Assembly: GCA_028534125.1 (NCBI GenBank)
Contig: CM052816.1
Span: 36,396,001-36,460,000 of the forward strand
Direction: 5' to 3'
DNA length: 64,000 nt
From: Lama glama
Taxonomy: Eukaryota
Position 1 is the stretch's first letter. Every line of letters starts with the position of its first letter. The translations under genes and the position numbers were made by a program. The notes under the pieces were generated by a model that did not search any database, was not told the DNA's origin, and was given only the letters and a program-made list of their open reading frames with translations. Below are positions 1 through 13,475 of this stretch, piece by piece.

Positions 1-2478
1 GTAGATGTAAAAATCCTCAATCAAATCCAACAGTGCATAAAAGGGATCATACACTATGATCAAGTTGGATTCATTTGAAGGTCACAAGGATGGTTCAACA
101 TATGCAAATCAATCAATGTGATATACCACATCGGAAAGACAGAATCACATGATCGTCTCAACAGATGCAGGAAAAACATCTGACAAAATTCAACATCCAC
201 TCATGATAAAAACTCTTATCTAAGTGGGTATAAAGGGTACATCGTACCTCAATGTAATAAAAGCCATTTACAACAAACCCACAGCCAACATACTACTCAA
301 GGATGAAAAGCTGAAAGCCTTCTCACTAAATTCAGGAACAAGACAAAGATGCCCACTCTCACCGCAATTCAACATAGTGTTTTAAGTCCTAGCCACAGGA
401 ATCAGACCAGAAAAAAGAAACAAAAAATATCCAACTTGGAAGGGAAGATGTAAAATTGTCACTATTTGCAGATGTCATGATACGCTATATAGAGAACCCC
501 AAAGTCTCCACACGAAAACTATTAGAATAAATGAATTCAGTAAGGTAGAACAATGTAAGATTAATACCAGAAATCTGTTGCACTGCTTTAAGTTAATAAT
601 GTAACATCAGAAAGAGAAAGTAAAACAACAATCCTGTTTAAAATTGCATTAAAAAATACCTAGAAAGAAATCAAGGAGTTGAAAGATTTATATGCTGAAA
701 CTATAAAACATTGATAAAGGAAACTGAATATGATTCAAAGAAATGGAAAGAATCCCATGCTCTTGGATCAGAAGACTTAATATTCTTAAAATGGCTCTAT
801 TATCCAATGCAATCTACAGATTTAATGCAATCCCTATCAAAAAACCCATGGCATTTTTTTTCCTTACAGAACTAGAATAAATAATTCTAAAATGTATGTA
901 GAACCACAAAAGGCCCAGAACTGCTGAAGCAATCCTGAGGGAAAAGAACAAACGTGGAGGTATAACCCTTCCTGTCTTCAGACTATACTACAAAGCTACA
1001 GTAATCCAAACAGTATGGTATTGGCACAAAAACAGACAGACAAATCAATGGAACAAAATACAAAGCCCCAAAATAAACCTACTAACCTATGGTCAATTAA
1101 TCTATGAAAAGGAGGCAAGAATACACAATGGAGAAAAGACAGTCTCTTCAACAAGTGGTACCAGGAAAGCTGGAAAGCTATGTGTAAATAAAAGAAATCA
1201 GAACACTCCCTCATACCACATACAAAAAATAACTCCAAGTAGTTTAAAGACCTAAATATAAGACATGACACCACAAAAATCCTAGAAGAGAACATAAGCA
1301 AAACTTCTCTGACATAAATCATAGCAGTATTTTCTTAGATCAGTTTCCAAAAGCAAAAGAAATAAAAACAAAAATAAACAAATAAGACCTAATCAATCTT
1401 AAAAGCTTTCGCAGAGCAAAAGTAACCATCAACAAAACGAAAAGACAACCTATGGAATGGGAGAAAATATTTGCAAATGGTGTGACCACCAAGAGGTTAA
1501 TATTCAAAATATACAAACAACTCATATAACTCAATATTGAAAAAACAAACAAACCTATCAAAAAAAGAATGGGCAGAAGGCCTATATAGGCATTTTTCCA
1601 AAGAAGACATGCAGATGGCCAATAGACACATGAAAAGATGCTCAATTTCACTAATTACTAGAGAAATGCAAATCAAAACCACAATGAGGTATCATCTCAC
1701 ACTGATCAAAAAGTCTACAAATTGTAAATGATGGAGAGGGTGTAGAGAAAAGGGAACCCCCCTATACTGTTGGTGGGAATGTAAATTTGTGCAGCCACTG
1801 TGGAAAACAGTATGCATGTTCCTTAAAAAACTAAAAATAGAGTTACCATATGATCCAACAATCCCACTCCTTGTTATATATTCGGAAAAAAATACAACTC
1901 TAATTCAAAAAGATATTTGCACCCCAATGTTCACAGTAGCAGTATTTACTGCAGCAAGACATGGAAACAACCCAAGGACTCATCAAGAGACAAATCGATA
2001 AATAAAACATGATATATATACACAGTGGTATAGTAGTCACACACAAACAAAAGAATGAAATAATGTCATTTGCAGCAATATAGATGGGCCTATAGTATAT
2101 TATACTTAGTAAAATAGGTCAGATACAGAAAGGCAAATACTGTATGATATCACTTACATGTGGAATCTAAAAATAGTATCAATGAATCTATATACAAAAC
2201 AGAAACAGACTCACAGACACAGAAAGCAAACTTATGGCTACCAAAGGGGAGTGGGAGGGAGGGAGGGAGGGAAAAATTAGGACTGTGGAATTAACAGTTA
2301 TGAACTACAATATATAAAATAAATAAGCAAGAAGGGTTTACTTTACAGCACAAGGAGTTATATCCACTATCTTGTTATATCCACTTAAAATGGAATATAA
2401 TCTGAAAAAAACTAAATCACTCTGTTTTACATCTGAAACGAAACAATACTGTAAATCAACTATAATTCAATTTAAAAA
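1..2478 (+). mobile_element. LINE-1 3' portion (ORF2 RT to C-terminus, 3'UTR, short A-tail), degenerate; continues upstream of the window
   Basis: L1 RT motifs in DNA: QGWFNICKS (~87-111), [10 protein letters not shown] (~332-361), SLFADV (459-476). C-terminal ORF 1789-2001 reads [21 protein letters not shown]-rich 3'UTR tract at ~2246-2271, then 'aaatcaactataattcaatttaaaaa'. Many frameshifts. Confidence 0.97.
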
Positions 2479-2804
2479 GCTAGTAAAGATATTTATTAAA
2501 AATAAAAATCAGTATTTTTCTAAGTGGCAAAAATTACTACAAATAATATGAAGAATATGACAAACATATCTGCCATTATTATTATTATTATTCATCAGTC
2601 TGGAAGCAGTAGATAAACACTAACACAATATAATCTAATGATTGTTACAAGTGTTGAAAAAATAGAAATAAATGTTATTCAAAGAATTCTTGCTTTAAAA
2701 AAATCCACTAGAATTAATAAGAATATGTGATACACTGGGTAAAAGACAAAACAAAATTATGACCTTTTTCCACATTAACATAAATTCCTAGGTATGGGTA
2801 TAAC

Positions 2805-3561
2805 AAAATGTCCACAAATGATAAATGCTGCAGAGGGTGTGAAGAAAAGGGAACCCTCCTACACTGCTGGTGGGAATGTAGTTTGGTACAGCCATTATGG
2901 AAACACTGTGGAGATGCCTCAAAAAACTAAACATAGGCTTACTATATGATCCAGCAATCCCAGTCATAGGCATATATCTAGAGGGAACCTTAACTGAAAA
3001 AAGATACATGCACCCCAATGTTCGTAGAAGCACTATTTACAATGGAAACAACTGAGATGTCCATCGACAGATGACTGGATAAAGAAATTGTGGTATATTT
3101 ATACAATGCAATGCTACTCAGCCATAAAAAATAAAATAATGCCATTTGCAGCAACATGAATGGACCTGGAGATTGCCATTCTAAGTGAAGTAAGCTGGGA
3201 AGAGAAAGAAAAATACCGTATCACTTACACGTGTAATCTAAAAAAATGACACAAATGAACTTATTAACAAACAGGAATAGGCTCACAGACATGGAAAACA
3301 AACTTATGGTTACTGGGGGAGGAGGAGGTGGGAAGGGATAAATTGAAGTTTGAGATTTGCAGATACTAACTACTATATATAAAAAAGATAACAAGTTTAT
3401 ATTGTATAGCACAGGGAACTATATTCAATATCTTATAGTAACCTGTAATGAAAAGGAATATGAAAATTAATATATGTATGTATATGTATGAGTGAACTAT
3501 TATGCTGTACACCAGAAATTGACACAACATTGTAAACTGACTATACTTCAATTAAAAAAAA
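2805..3561 (+). mobile_element. 5'-truncated LINE-1 (ORF2 C-terminal zinc-knuckle region, 3'UTR, A-tail)
   Basis: Begins 'tccacaaatgataaatgctgcagagggtgtgaagaaaagggaaccctcc' and ends 'actatacttcaattaaaaaaaa'. Possible short TSD aaaatgt (2805-2811 / 3558-3564). Confidence 0.95.
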
Positions 3562-4377
3562 TGTTATGAAAAAATAGTAAAATTCTCTGGAATTAATTAA
3601 AAAAACTTATATAAAGAAAAAAAATATTACTGAAGGACATATGTAGGACATGAAACATGTCTTTTATAAAGGGAATGTTGCTCGACTGGATAAAAAGACT
3701 TGCTGTTATAAAAAATAAATTAGACAAATTACTAATTAGAATCTCAACAGATTTTTTTCTCAATGGGATAAATTAAAGTTTACATGAAAGAAATACTTTA
3801 AGGTAATCAAGAAAATTACGAAAGAAAGTAACAGAGACTTGTACTATAAAATATTGTGATGACACAAAACACCTCAATTCCAATTGATACGATATTGGTA
3901 TAGATATAGATAAGCATGTCATAGGACAGAAGAGCAAATCTAGGAAAAGATCCAAATGTATATGAAAACTTAATACAGAACATAAAATGATATTTGAATT
4001 CAGAGTGAAAAGAGTGGTTCATGCTCAAGCCATCTATCTGGAAGGCAATAAAATAAATTAGGATCCCCACTTTATAGCATATAAAAATCTGAATTCTACC
4101 TGGGGTAAAAACTGAAATGAGAGTAAAACAACAAAAACCTTACCAAAAAAACCTACATAAATTATTTGAGTCTGAAAAATATGGGAACACAGAAGGAATG
4201 CTTTTAACTCAAATTAAGAAAATTAGAAATTATGAAATTAAAGATGAATATTGTAAATTATACAAGGTTATACAGAGATACAATATACAAGCAATAGATA
4301 AATAACATATTTGGGGAAATGTCTGAATGCAGAAGTAATATTAAGTATAAATATAAGTTATAAATGCCGTAATATTA

Positions 4378-4997
4378 AGTTACCATATGATCCAGCAATC
4401 CCTCTCCTCGGTAAATATCCAGGAAAAAACACAAACTCTAATTCAAAAAGATACATGCACCCCAATGTCCATCCATGGCAGCACTATTACTATTTATTGC
4501 CAAGGAATGGCAACAACTCAAGTGACCATCAAAAGACGACTGACTTAATACAATGTGATGTGTATATAGATAGAGAGATAAACAGATGATGGACTATTAC
4601 TCAGCCATAAAAAGAGTGAAATATTGCCATTTGCAGCAACACAGATGGACCGAAAAATTATAGTTAAGTATATAAGAAAAAGATAAACACTATATGATAT
4701 TATTTATATGTGGATTCTAAAAAATAATACATATGAATCTACATATTAAACAGAAACAGATTTACAGACATAGGAAACAAACATGGTGGGGGACAAGGAC
4801 AAATTAGGAGTATGGGATTAGCAAATACAACTACTATACATAAAATAGATAAGCAACCAGGATTTACTGTATAGCACAGGGAATTACATTCAGTATCTTG
4901 TAATAACCTATAATGAAATATAATCATAAAAATAATCACTATGCTGTATACCTGAAACTAACACAATATTGTAAATCAACTCTACATCAATAAAAAA
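4378..4997 (+). mobile_element. 5'-truncated LINE-1 (ORF2 end, 3'UTR, A-tail)
   Basis: Reads KLPYDPAIPLLG..YP at the start; 3'UTR matches the other copies; ends 'aaatcaactctacatcaataaaaaa'. Confidence 0.94.
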
Positions 4998-7900
4998 TTA
5001 CTGTATTTATGCATCTCTTGAAAATTTATTATAAAACTTTATTTGTAAACCCCAAGAGAGAAGGAATATTAAAAAGCAATTATAGGAATACGAAATAGCA
5101 ATTTGTAGCAATTTATACTGTAAACTCACTAATATTCAGGGTAATTTGATAATGGGATATGGCCTATGCTCACTACTTGAAAAAAATAAGGCTGATAACT
5201 ATTTTTGGTGCAGTGATACGATAAAGGGTCACTGATAGAAATATGAAATGTTTTACTTGTTTTGGACAGCAGTCTGGAACCACTACTGAAATCTATTTCC
5301 ATTCATCCATTATTTATCTATCAATCTATCTATGTATCTATCTAACAATCCCACTCCTGTGAATCTACACAGAGAGGAAAACACCCATATGTATGCATAT
5401 ATCTAAAAGGAAATGCATTTTTCTTTGAATTCATCTTTACAACAAAACACTAGTTCACAGTGGAACAAATTACGGCACATCAAGACTTGGGACTCATGCA
5501 GCCATGCCACAGAATGACACAGAACACACAGGTTGATTTGAAATGATGTCATTAAGTGTTTTTTAGAGAAGTAAGCAAGATGGAGAAAAGTACGCAAACA
5601 TATTCCATTTCTGAAAGAAACCGTGACCAACCCATAAATATGTATATGCAAATATATAGTCATATACGATTATATGATGTGAGAACAGTATGAACGTATG
5701 TATATGAAAAAGTTAATATTCTGCTCCTTACAGGGAAGAAAAGCGAGGAGGAAATAAGTGGAGGAAAAAGGAAGGAAAAAATACTATACTAAGAAAGTCT
5801 TAACATACTTGATACGATCTCATTTCTGTTTTAATGTGAAGCTACTTTTAAGCATGCATATGAAATTCAAAAAGTTAGTAAAAACAATGGGAAAAGGTTG
5901 GGATGGATGTCTATATTATGAGTGCCATAAAAGAGGATAAAATATGTTCTATTTTAATTTCATCACAGAGGTTCTATGTCACATATCTGTTATTTATTTT
6001 TGGTCATTGTATTGGCAGAAATACTTTTAAATACTGTATTTACTCATATGGATATTTAAAGGAATTAGCATGTACTGGGGCTTTGCTAAAATTCCGTCTT
6101 TGGAATTCATGCTGTAGGAAAAGACCTCAAGGATGCTTGGAAGTTCAGACCCATTAAAGATGGGAGACAGTAAACTGAATTTCCTTGGATTCTTTTACAG
6201 GAAATGGTTAGGAATGCATTGTGGTTGTTTTCAGTCACTTTGACCTGGTGAGCAGGCAGGCACATAGACTGGGCCTCTACAAGAGTTGAAAGGAGTCAGG
6301 TCATTAAACCCCTTGAGAATGGAAGGAAACAAGCTTTTCAGAAGAATCAGATAGAATTTTAATCGAAATCTCATTGCCAGCTGGGCTCACAAGGGCATAG
6401 GAGTTTGTCCCTCCAAACTGAAATATGCTCCTGGTCTCCCATCTCTGATTATCTTTCTGTATGAAAATCTAGTATGATTTCCCTACCTACATCAAAAGAA
6501 CTTGTATCCTTTGCCTGCGTCTGCTGGTGTCTTATCCTTATGTCATTATGCATATATTAGAAAATTGCCTTCATTCATTTACTCAACAGGCATCTTCTGA
6601 ATCCTCGCCTACCATGGGCTAAACAAGTGCTATGTACACTATATGCATAAACTTGTATTAGGACAGCCTTTTTGTTACTTCAGTACATCTACTCTCTGGA
6701 AAAACTTCAAGATTTCCTAGCCTACCTTTGTAATATTAATAGTTTCCTATAAAGAGTTCTTACAATAGATGTGCTAGAGAAACTGCTACTTACTGTAGTG
6801 TGGTGGAGTGCCTTACACTGCATTCTGTACAACAGTAAATACTAAAGAAAGGTTCTAGTGCATTTGATGATATCTGGCCAGCTTACCCATAATAACTCTG
6901 ACTTCATTGTGGAAGAAGGGCCTTCTATGCAAGGCATAAAATCCAATTGATTTTTATGAAATAAGATGCTATGAAGAAGAAATGCATTAAGTGTACCGTA
7001 TCACAATAATTTCACTTTGTAAGCTAAATGGCTTTTGGAACATTGTTGAAAAGGCTGTCACCATTCTGAGCATACATAAAAGAGCAAGATAAGGCCAATA
7101 ATTTAAAAGTCAATGCTATTCCTATTCAAAGATTTCTTTCCTCAATTAATAAAGCATTTTCTCCTCTGTGTCAGTTAAAAATAAAATCCGAAGTAACTTT
7201 ATATGATATGATCAGACATAGAGCAAAATGTAACTTATGTTGATTCTGCAAAGTTTCTTTATTGAATTCTGGGATTGCTGCTATCTAACTGCCATTTAAG
7301 GTACCTTATAAAATCTATTATACATATTTTAAATGACACATTTTTGCTTGGGCAGCATTTATATAACTCTTTTAAAGTTAGTTTATTTCAGAAAGCTTGG
7401 TTAGTTAAATTTTGTAAACATTTCAAAAATAATGGTATATGAATGCAGATAGGAAAAGGAAACCCATCTGATTTCTGGGAAAAAATGCTCTGTAGCTCTT
7501 AAAATCAGACAATAATCTGCAGTGAGTTTGGTTAGGTGGTTAAACGCCGGCAGCAATGGCTCTTAATTTTTTTTTTTTTTGCCCCACTCATCTGAAGAGT
7601 ATAGTATACTCCTATCAATAACAGGGACATGGTGACAGTGATTGTGAACTGGAAGAGAAGACAGAACACCACCAACCAACCAACCCACATGAAAGAGATG
7701 ATTCTTAAATGCTCTCCCATTTGAAAGTAGTAAAAAGTGTATGGAAGATTCGTGGATCTAGCAATTTTAATTTTCATTTCTGGTGATCCTAAGTGAAGTG
7801 ATAGACTGGTTCAGTATCTGGCATCTAGATGCTCAGTGAACATATAATTAAATGAAACAAAGAATGAAAGAGATTTTTTAATATCCCTTATTTCCCATTA

Positions 7901-8131
7901 TATTTATATAAAGCAGTATACATTGATATGTCATTTAAAATTTTCAAGTTACAAAGAAATTCTCATGGGCCTTTAGAAAAACTATTTGGTAATATCTAGC
8001 ACAATTAACATGTATGCATATTTTTAACTTTGTATTCACTTCTGAAAAATCTATCATACATCTAAAACAGAGAGGTCCACAAATGATCCTTTTAATGCTA
8101 TTTCTGAAAAATAGATATACACCAAGTGACC

Positions 8132-8582
8132 ATTATTTGAAAAACTATATGGAACCAAACTGGATAACCTAAAGGAGATGGACAAATTTCTGGAAACATA
8201 CAGTCCACCAAGATTGAATCAAGAAGAAACTGACCATTTAAACAAACCGATCACTAGAAATGAAATCGAAATAGCAATAAAAAACCTCCCTACAAATAAA
8301 AGTCCAGGACCAGACAGCTTCACTGGGGAATTCTACCAAACATACAAAGGAATCATAACAGTCCTCAAACTCTTCCAGAAGACTGAAAAGGAGGGAATAC
8401 TCCCAAACTCATTCTATGAAGCCACCATCACCCTGATACCAAAACCAGGCAAAGACACTACAAAAAAAGAGAATTATAGGCCAATATCACTGATGAACAT
8501 AGACGCCAAAATCCTCACCAAAATTTTAGCAAATAGAATCCAACAACACATAAAAAAGATTATACATCATGACCAAGTGGGG
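8132..8582 (+). mobile_element. Young LINE-1 ORF2 fragment (Z domain / RT start), cut off by the assembly gap
   Basis: Open frame MDKFLETY...[15 protein letters not shown]...[15 protein letters not shown]...HHDQVG. Colinear with, but not identical to, 24071-24525. Confidence 0.97.
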
Positions 8583-8682
8583 NNNNNNNNNNNNNNNNNN
8601 NNNNNNNNNNNNNNNNNNNNNNNNNNNNNNNNNNNNNNNNNNNNNNNNNNNNNNNNNNNNNNNNNNNNNNNNNNNNNNNNNN
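8583..8682. other. Assembly gap (100 N, probably an unsized placeholder)
   Basis: Exactly 100 consecutive n characters directly after a young L1 segment. Confidence 0.99.
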
Positions 8683-11659
8683 GCATTCTGCTACATTGTG
8701 ATAAAATTATTAACATGATCTAATACTCACTGATTAGGTATTTGTGACATATGTAAATGTTGCGCTAATTGATTTTTATGTGATATCTATCCCATTGTTT
8801 TAGCCACATTTATCAGATCAAACACTTTGACAATTCAACCTAGTTTTGCCAAAATCAAGACTCTATATCACATAGATTCACTCAGACCTATTAAGCTTGT
8901 TTTATAGTTCTTCAGTGTCCATCTAAACTTCTTACCTCATCTCATTTTAGGCCCTCACATTCCTCAGTTTTGGCTTACTCAGTTTAGTTTCCATAATTCT
9001 TACAATAGACACAGACACAGTAAGTTATGAACTACTCACTGAAGAGCATTATTTCCCTGTTCTCCTTGGCACAATTTTGGGATCTGCTGTTTCACTGTGT
9101 CATGGGGAAATTGTTAGAAAGATGATATACAGACACAGGATGGGCTCTGAATGGTAGTTCAAAAGTTCCTGATAGACTTGACCACTTTGCTTATCTTCGG
9201 TATATTACTGTATATTAAAAATCATTTCATCTTTGTAAAGTTGCTATTAAAGAAAAGGATTTTGGGAAATAGATATCCTGGATTCTGGTCTTCCCTCTGG
9301 TACCATCTACATGGTTTGGGAAAACTCAGATCATTCTTCTGCTTCTTTACCTGTAATTAGTGTTTCTAGACTATATTAATGATAAGTTGTACTTTCTTGA
9401 CTCTTCTTCCTGTTTTTCAAGAGCAGTTAGAATGAGCCAACTTTTATAGTTTAGTTTTAGGTTTGTAGCAATTTAGAGACACTTGTTCAGCACTCTGTGT
9501 GGAAGTACTCAGTTGAACTGCCATTGTTCATTTTGCTTTGGTAAGGGATTGCTGTTATACAAATTCTTGAGGAATTTGCTAGAAATACACCTTAGATATC
9601 AAATGTAAAACAAAAGAAGTTAGATCTTCAGACATTCCTTAGGGTCTGTTTTATGGTTGACTCTAGTGTAAATATTGGGTTGTCATTCTTCATATAAATT
9701 ATTTAGAACTCTATTTTCATTTTTACTCTTCAACAGTCTCATTCAGGTTGACTACAATGTCTTTATGAATAGTAGCATTGAAGATCTCTGATGCTATTTG
9801 AATTACCTTCATTTCACCTTTTTTCTGCTTATGTTCAGTATAGATATAACTGAAATCTGTGGAGAGTATTTACTCATAATTTTTATAAGCTAGCATTTAC
9901 TTTATTGTTCTTCTTCCCTCATATTAGGAAATTACATAGAATAGAACACAGTGGACAGCTCTCGTATCTTTGATAATCAAAATTTAAAGCTGAGGTGACA
10001 AGAAAATTATTTTGTGTGTATATTTTAATGTTATTGTATAATTAATGCATTCTAGTGAAAAAGGAATATAAAACATGTACATTATTCAACTAACTCTCTT
10101 ATTGTGGTAAAAACCAAGCTTTGAATAATTATTTTCTTTGTAAAAGAGAAAGAAAAGAAATCCAAGCATTACTACTATTGAATTATAAAACAACAAACTA
10201 TCTTTTTCTCTGTGGCTTTCATCCATATAATTTACAGTGCAAATGCAATTTTTGGTTCACAAATGCTTCTATATTGAGAGCTGTGTGGAAAATAGAATGC
10301 CTAGTTCCAATTTTCTTGCCAAACAAAGAAAACAAAATCCTTCCCCATCTTCTGTATTATGTGAGTGCCAATAACGCCTCTTTGATGGTAGCTTTGTGTT
10401 GTATTGTGTTTTTGCTTTTAATTAAGATATATTGGGTAAAATAGTGCTTCATTGTATTGTACAAAATACTGAAGCATGGGCTAATTACAGCCTTCAATGG
10501 GATTCAGTATAGACCTCGTGTTACTGTCTCATACCCATTTTTTTAGTGTTTAGCAAAGTGCTCTGATGCCATATTTTCTCCAGGGGTTTTCTTTTTAGCT
10601 TCTCTTCATTCAAATGAAAAGCAATGACCCCTACCTAAAAATGTTAATTAAACGGCTACTTCACCTGTTATAAAGTTTTTTATTTAAAAATATTCTTACA
10701 TTTTGGATGCCAAAACTCAATTTTGTCCCATATGGCCCTTTTCACAACATTTGTTTATAGAGGGCATAATTTTCAAAGGAGGTAGAATTCAAAGTTAGTA
10801 GAAAGCAGGTTGGGAGCCAGACAAATATGGAAGAAATGTCACCCTCATCTTTATTTAAACCTGACTAACCTTTTTAATTTAGTCATTAAGTTTTATTGAA
10901 AATGAACCAAACACAGTCATCAGTTGTGGAAAGAGAATGGAATCAGTTTAGACATTAAATTAAAGGGCAAAATCTCTAGAACTTTTAGGAAAGATAAAAT
11001 GGTGGGTTGCTCATTACAAAGCGATTATAAGGGAAAAATAATATTCACATTGAAGTTGCAATTTACTCAGATACCAATCTATTTCCAAATTTGCAATAAT
11101 GTGATAAAACTCAAATAGTACCTTTCCAATAAACTGATTAAATACTTATTAGTTGACTTGAAAAGTGACTACAGCTAATATTCCACTGAGGTTTCCTTGA
11201 TTCCTGAGCAAGGGGTATGACTGAGGTGGGAAGTGAGGGTGTCAAAAGGACAACTTTATCTCCTTCTATATGGCCTTAGTGAAATATCTTCATCTACAAA
11301 TGTTATATAAACAGTGTGTTTCAGGAAAAGTATCCACTGAACCAAAAGCAACACTTAGTTTACATTTTAAAGAGAATGATACCAATAACCATGAAAGATT
11401 CTGATTTACGTTCTTTCTCTGACCCTTTTATTTTCTAGATGCCTGTGATTTCTTTTGCCATGAATTTTCTGCAAACAGCACTAGTGTTCATAGAAGTATC
11501 TCATCTTTTGTTGAAGTACACTGGATTAAAATGGTAATTGTAATTATTGTAATTGTCATTTTCATTCTGCATGTTAAATACAATGGAGTCTATTAAGTTA
11601 TTGCCTGAAAATGCATAAGGTTTAATAATTTATTTTGAAAGTTGGTTTTGCCAACAACA

Positions 11660-11980
11660 GTAATAGTGATATGCAATTATATATGTTATCGGGTGCTTAC
11701 TGTGTGTGTTTACTGGATTCATATCATTAAATCCTTACAACTGTTTAGTATCATATGGATATATGACTTCTTATTCTGTTCACAGATGATGGTACTATGT
11801 GCTTTTCACGTAATTTCATACAATTTAATACATTTTCATATTTAATATTTACATTTTTCTCCCTCCACCAGGAAGTAAGGATTTTAAAAATGAGGACACT
11901 GAAGCTTTGAAACTAGTATATGGTGATTAGGGCTTCAAACTCATGCACCTTGATTCCAGAGCCTGCGGTCTCAGCCAGTA
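11660..11980 (-). mobile_element. MIR SINE relic
   Basis: 'gggtgcttactgtgtg', core-like 'aaatgaggacactgaagct' and 'ttcaaactcatgcaccttgattccagagcct' match the reverse MIR consensus. Confidence 0.65.
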
Positions 11981-12249
11981 TATAATAATGCCTTCCTTTA
12001 TGGATAAGAGAGTGGCAGGCTGGTCTTATAGCTATCTTCCTGGAGATTTCTGCAAAGTCAAAAGTGCATGAAAATGCTCCTATATCATTTAATCAATCAA
12101 CATGGACACACAATACTGCACTAGAGCTTTGTGTATACAAGAGGTATTTCTGTCATGGTCCTTGAATAGGGTTCAGTTTTAAAAGCTAAGTTAGATCAAA
12201 CCCTAGGATAGCTACTCTCTTTACTCAAGTGAAAGATTATGTTCTCAAT

Positions 12250-12702
12250 GAGGTCTTCTGGCTTCTTATTCTCTCCCTGACCTCATCTCCTACTACTCTT
12301 CCCTTTTCACATGGTGCTCTAGCTACTTTGCCATGTTGTTTTTCCTTCAATTTACCAGGGATGCTCTTCGGCTTCAAATACACCCTCTGCCTGGGATGCT
12401 CTTGCCCCAGATAGCTGCATGACTAGCTCCTGTACAACTTCCATTTCTTTTCTCAATCTCAAATTCTCAGTGACATACTTTGTGCCCTATTTATAGTGCA
12501 AGTTTTTGGGGACCCTCATTCTGACAGTTCTTGCCCCCTTTACTTTGTTCTAATTTTCTTTTCTCCTTCTAACATACTATATAATTTACTTATTTGTTGT
12601 GTCCCTTCTTGTGAAACATCAGGATTCTTTGTTGTTCTCTGACAAACCACAAATAATAATGCCCCCAAAATGGTAGTCATTCAATAATATTTGTTGAGTG
12701 GA
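12250..12702 (+). mobile_element. L2 (LINE-2) 3' end relic
   Basis: 'ccctctgcctgggatgctcttgccccagatagctgcatgactagctcc' and terminal 'ggtagtcattcaataatatttgttgagtgga' are typical of the L2a 3' end. Confidence 0.75.
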
Positions 12703-12866
12703 AGAATAGGGACAGCACCATTGTGAACAAGGTAGAGCTCAATTAAGTTACAATATGTATTTTTGAATATGAGTCTGCATGAATTCCTAATTTCTGGGAT
12801 AATCAGATATTTCTACACAATAAAGGTAGAAGTTGAAGGCTGGGCAGGATTTTTGGCTAGGCAAAG

Positions 12867-13199
12867 TGTCTTAGACAATTTGGGCTGCTATAACCACAGA
12901 CCAGGTGGCTTAAACAACATTTATTTCTCACAGTTCTGGAGGCCAGAAGTCCTAGATCAGGGAGCCAGCATGGTCAAATTCCCAGTACAGACCCTCTTCT
13001 TGATTTATAGGTACTTTTCTCATTGTGTTCTCACATGGTGGAGAGACAGAGGGGCTAGCTCTCTTCCTCTCCTAACCCTTATCATGGGTCTCCACCCTCA
13101 TGATCTAATTATCTCCCAAAGGCCCCATCTCCAAATACTGTAACATCAGGGCTTCAATGTAATGAATTTTGGGGAGATACAAATATTGATTCCATAGCA
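12867..13199 (-). mobile_element. MaLR solo LTR, MLT1A/MLT1A0-like
   Basis: TG...CA termini ('tgtcttag' ... 'ccatagca'); 'tttatttctcacagttctggagg', 'ctccaccctcatgatctaattatctcccaaaggcccc'. 5-bp flanks caaag/cagag fit a TSD with 1 mismatch. Confidence 0.9.
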
Positions 13200-13339
13200 C
13201 AGAGAAAACAAGTCAAGAAAATGCACAGATACAGGAACAAAATAGATAATGGATGACTAGGTCCATTTGGAAATCCTGCAGAGCAACAGGCTGTGGAAAG
13301 GCAATAGGGTCAGATGTAGGGAGACACTGATTTCTCTGG

Positions 13340-13475
13340 AATTCATTTATTTAATAAATATTTGCTGAGCCCTTACTATGTGTCAGACATTTCTCTAGGT
13401 GTTCAGGATTCAGTAGTGAACAAAACACTGAACAAAACAGATGAAATCTCTGCCCTCATTGAGCTTATAGTGAGC
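13340..13475 (-). mobile_element. L2 3' end relic
   Basis: 'attcatttatttaataaatatttgctgagcccttactatgtgtcagac...ctctgccctcattgagcttatagt'. Confidence 0.8.

Larger units (their letters stand above)
2640..5900 (+). mobile_element. Ancient highly diverged L1M-type ORF2/3' relic, interrupted by two younger L1 3' fragments
   Basis: Degraded L1 ORF2 phrases continue in order across the younger inserts: 'ccactagaattaataag' (~2705), 'aaaattctctggaattaa...ggataaaaagactt' (3580-3700), 'aacaatcccactcctg' (~5345). Boundaries approximate. Confidence 0.65.

Noticed and set aside
996..1682. Hydrophobic minus-strand ORFs over L1 copies (also 21439-26907, 46049-47034, 54125-54921)
   Set aside because: Antisense shadows of A-rich L1 sequence; the same F/L/I/S-rich peptides recur in every L1 copy and are not membrane-protein genes.
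6794..6841. Possible 48-nt minus-strand exon (ttctttag ... gtaagt)
   Set aside because: Weak pyrimidine tract, no recognisable peptide in any open phase and no partner exons; expected by chance in 64 kb.
8178..8723. 181-aa ORF as an intact gene
   Set aside because: It is an L1 ORF2 fragment, artificially extended through the N gap into unrelated sequence.
12763..13143. 126-aa + strand ORF
   Set aside because: Mostly the reverse strand of an MLT1A LTR; no protein-family features.
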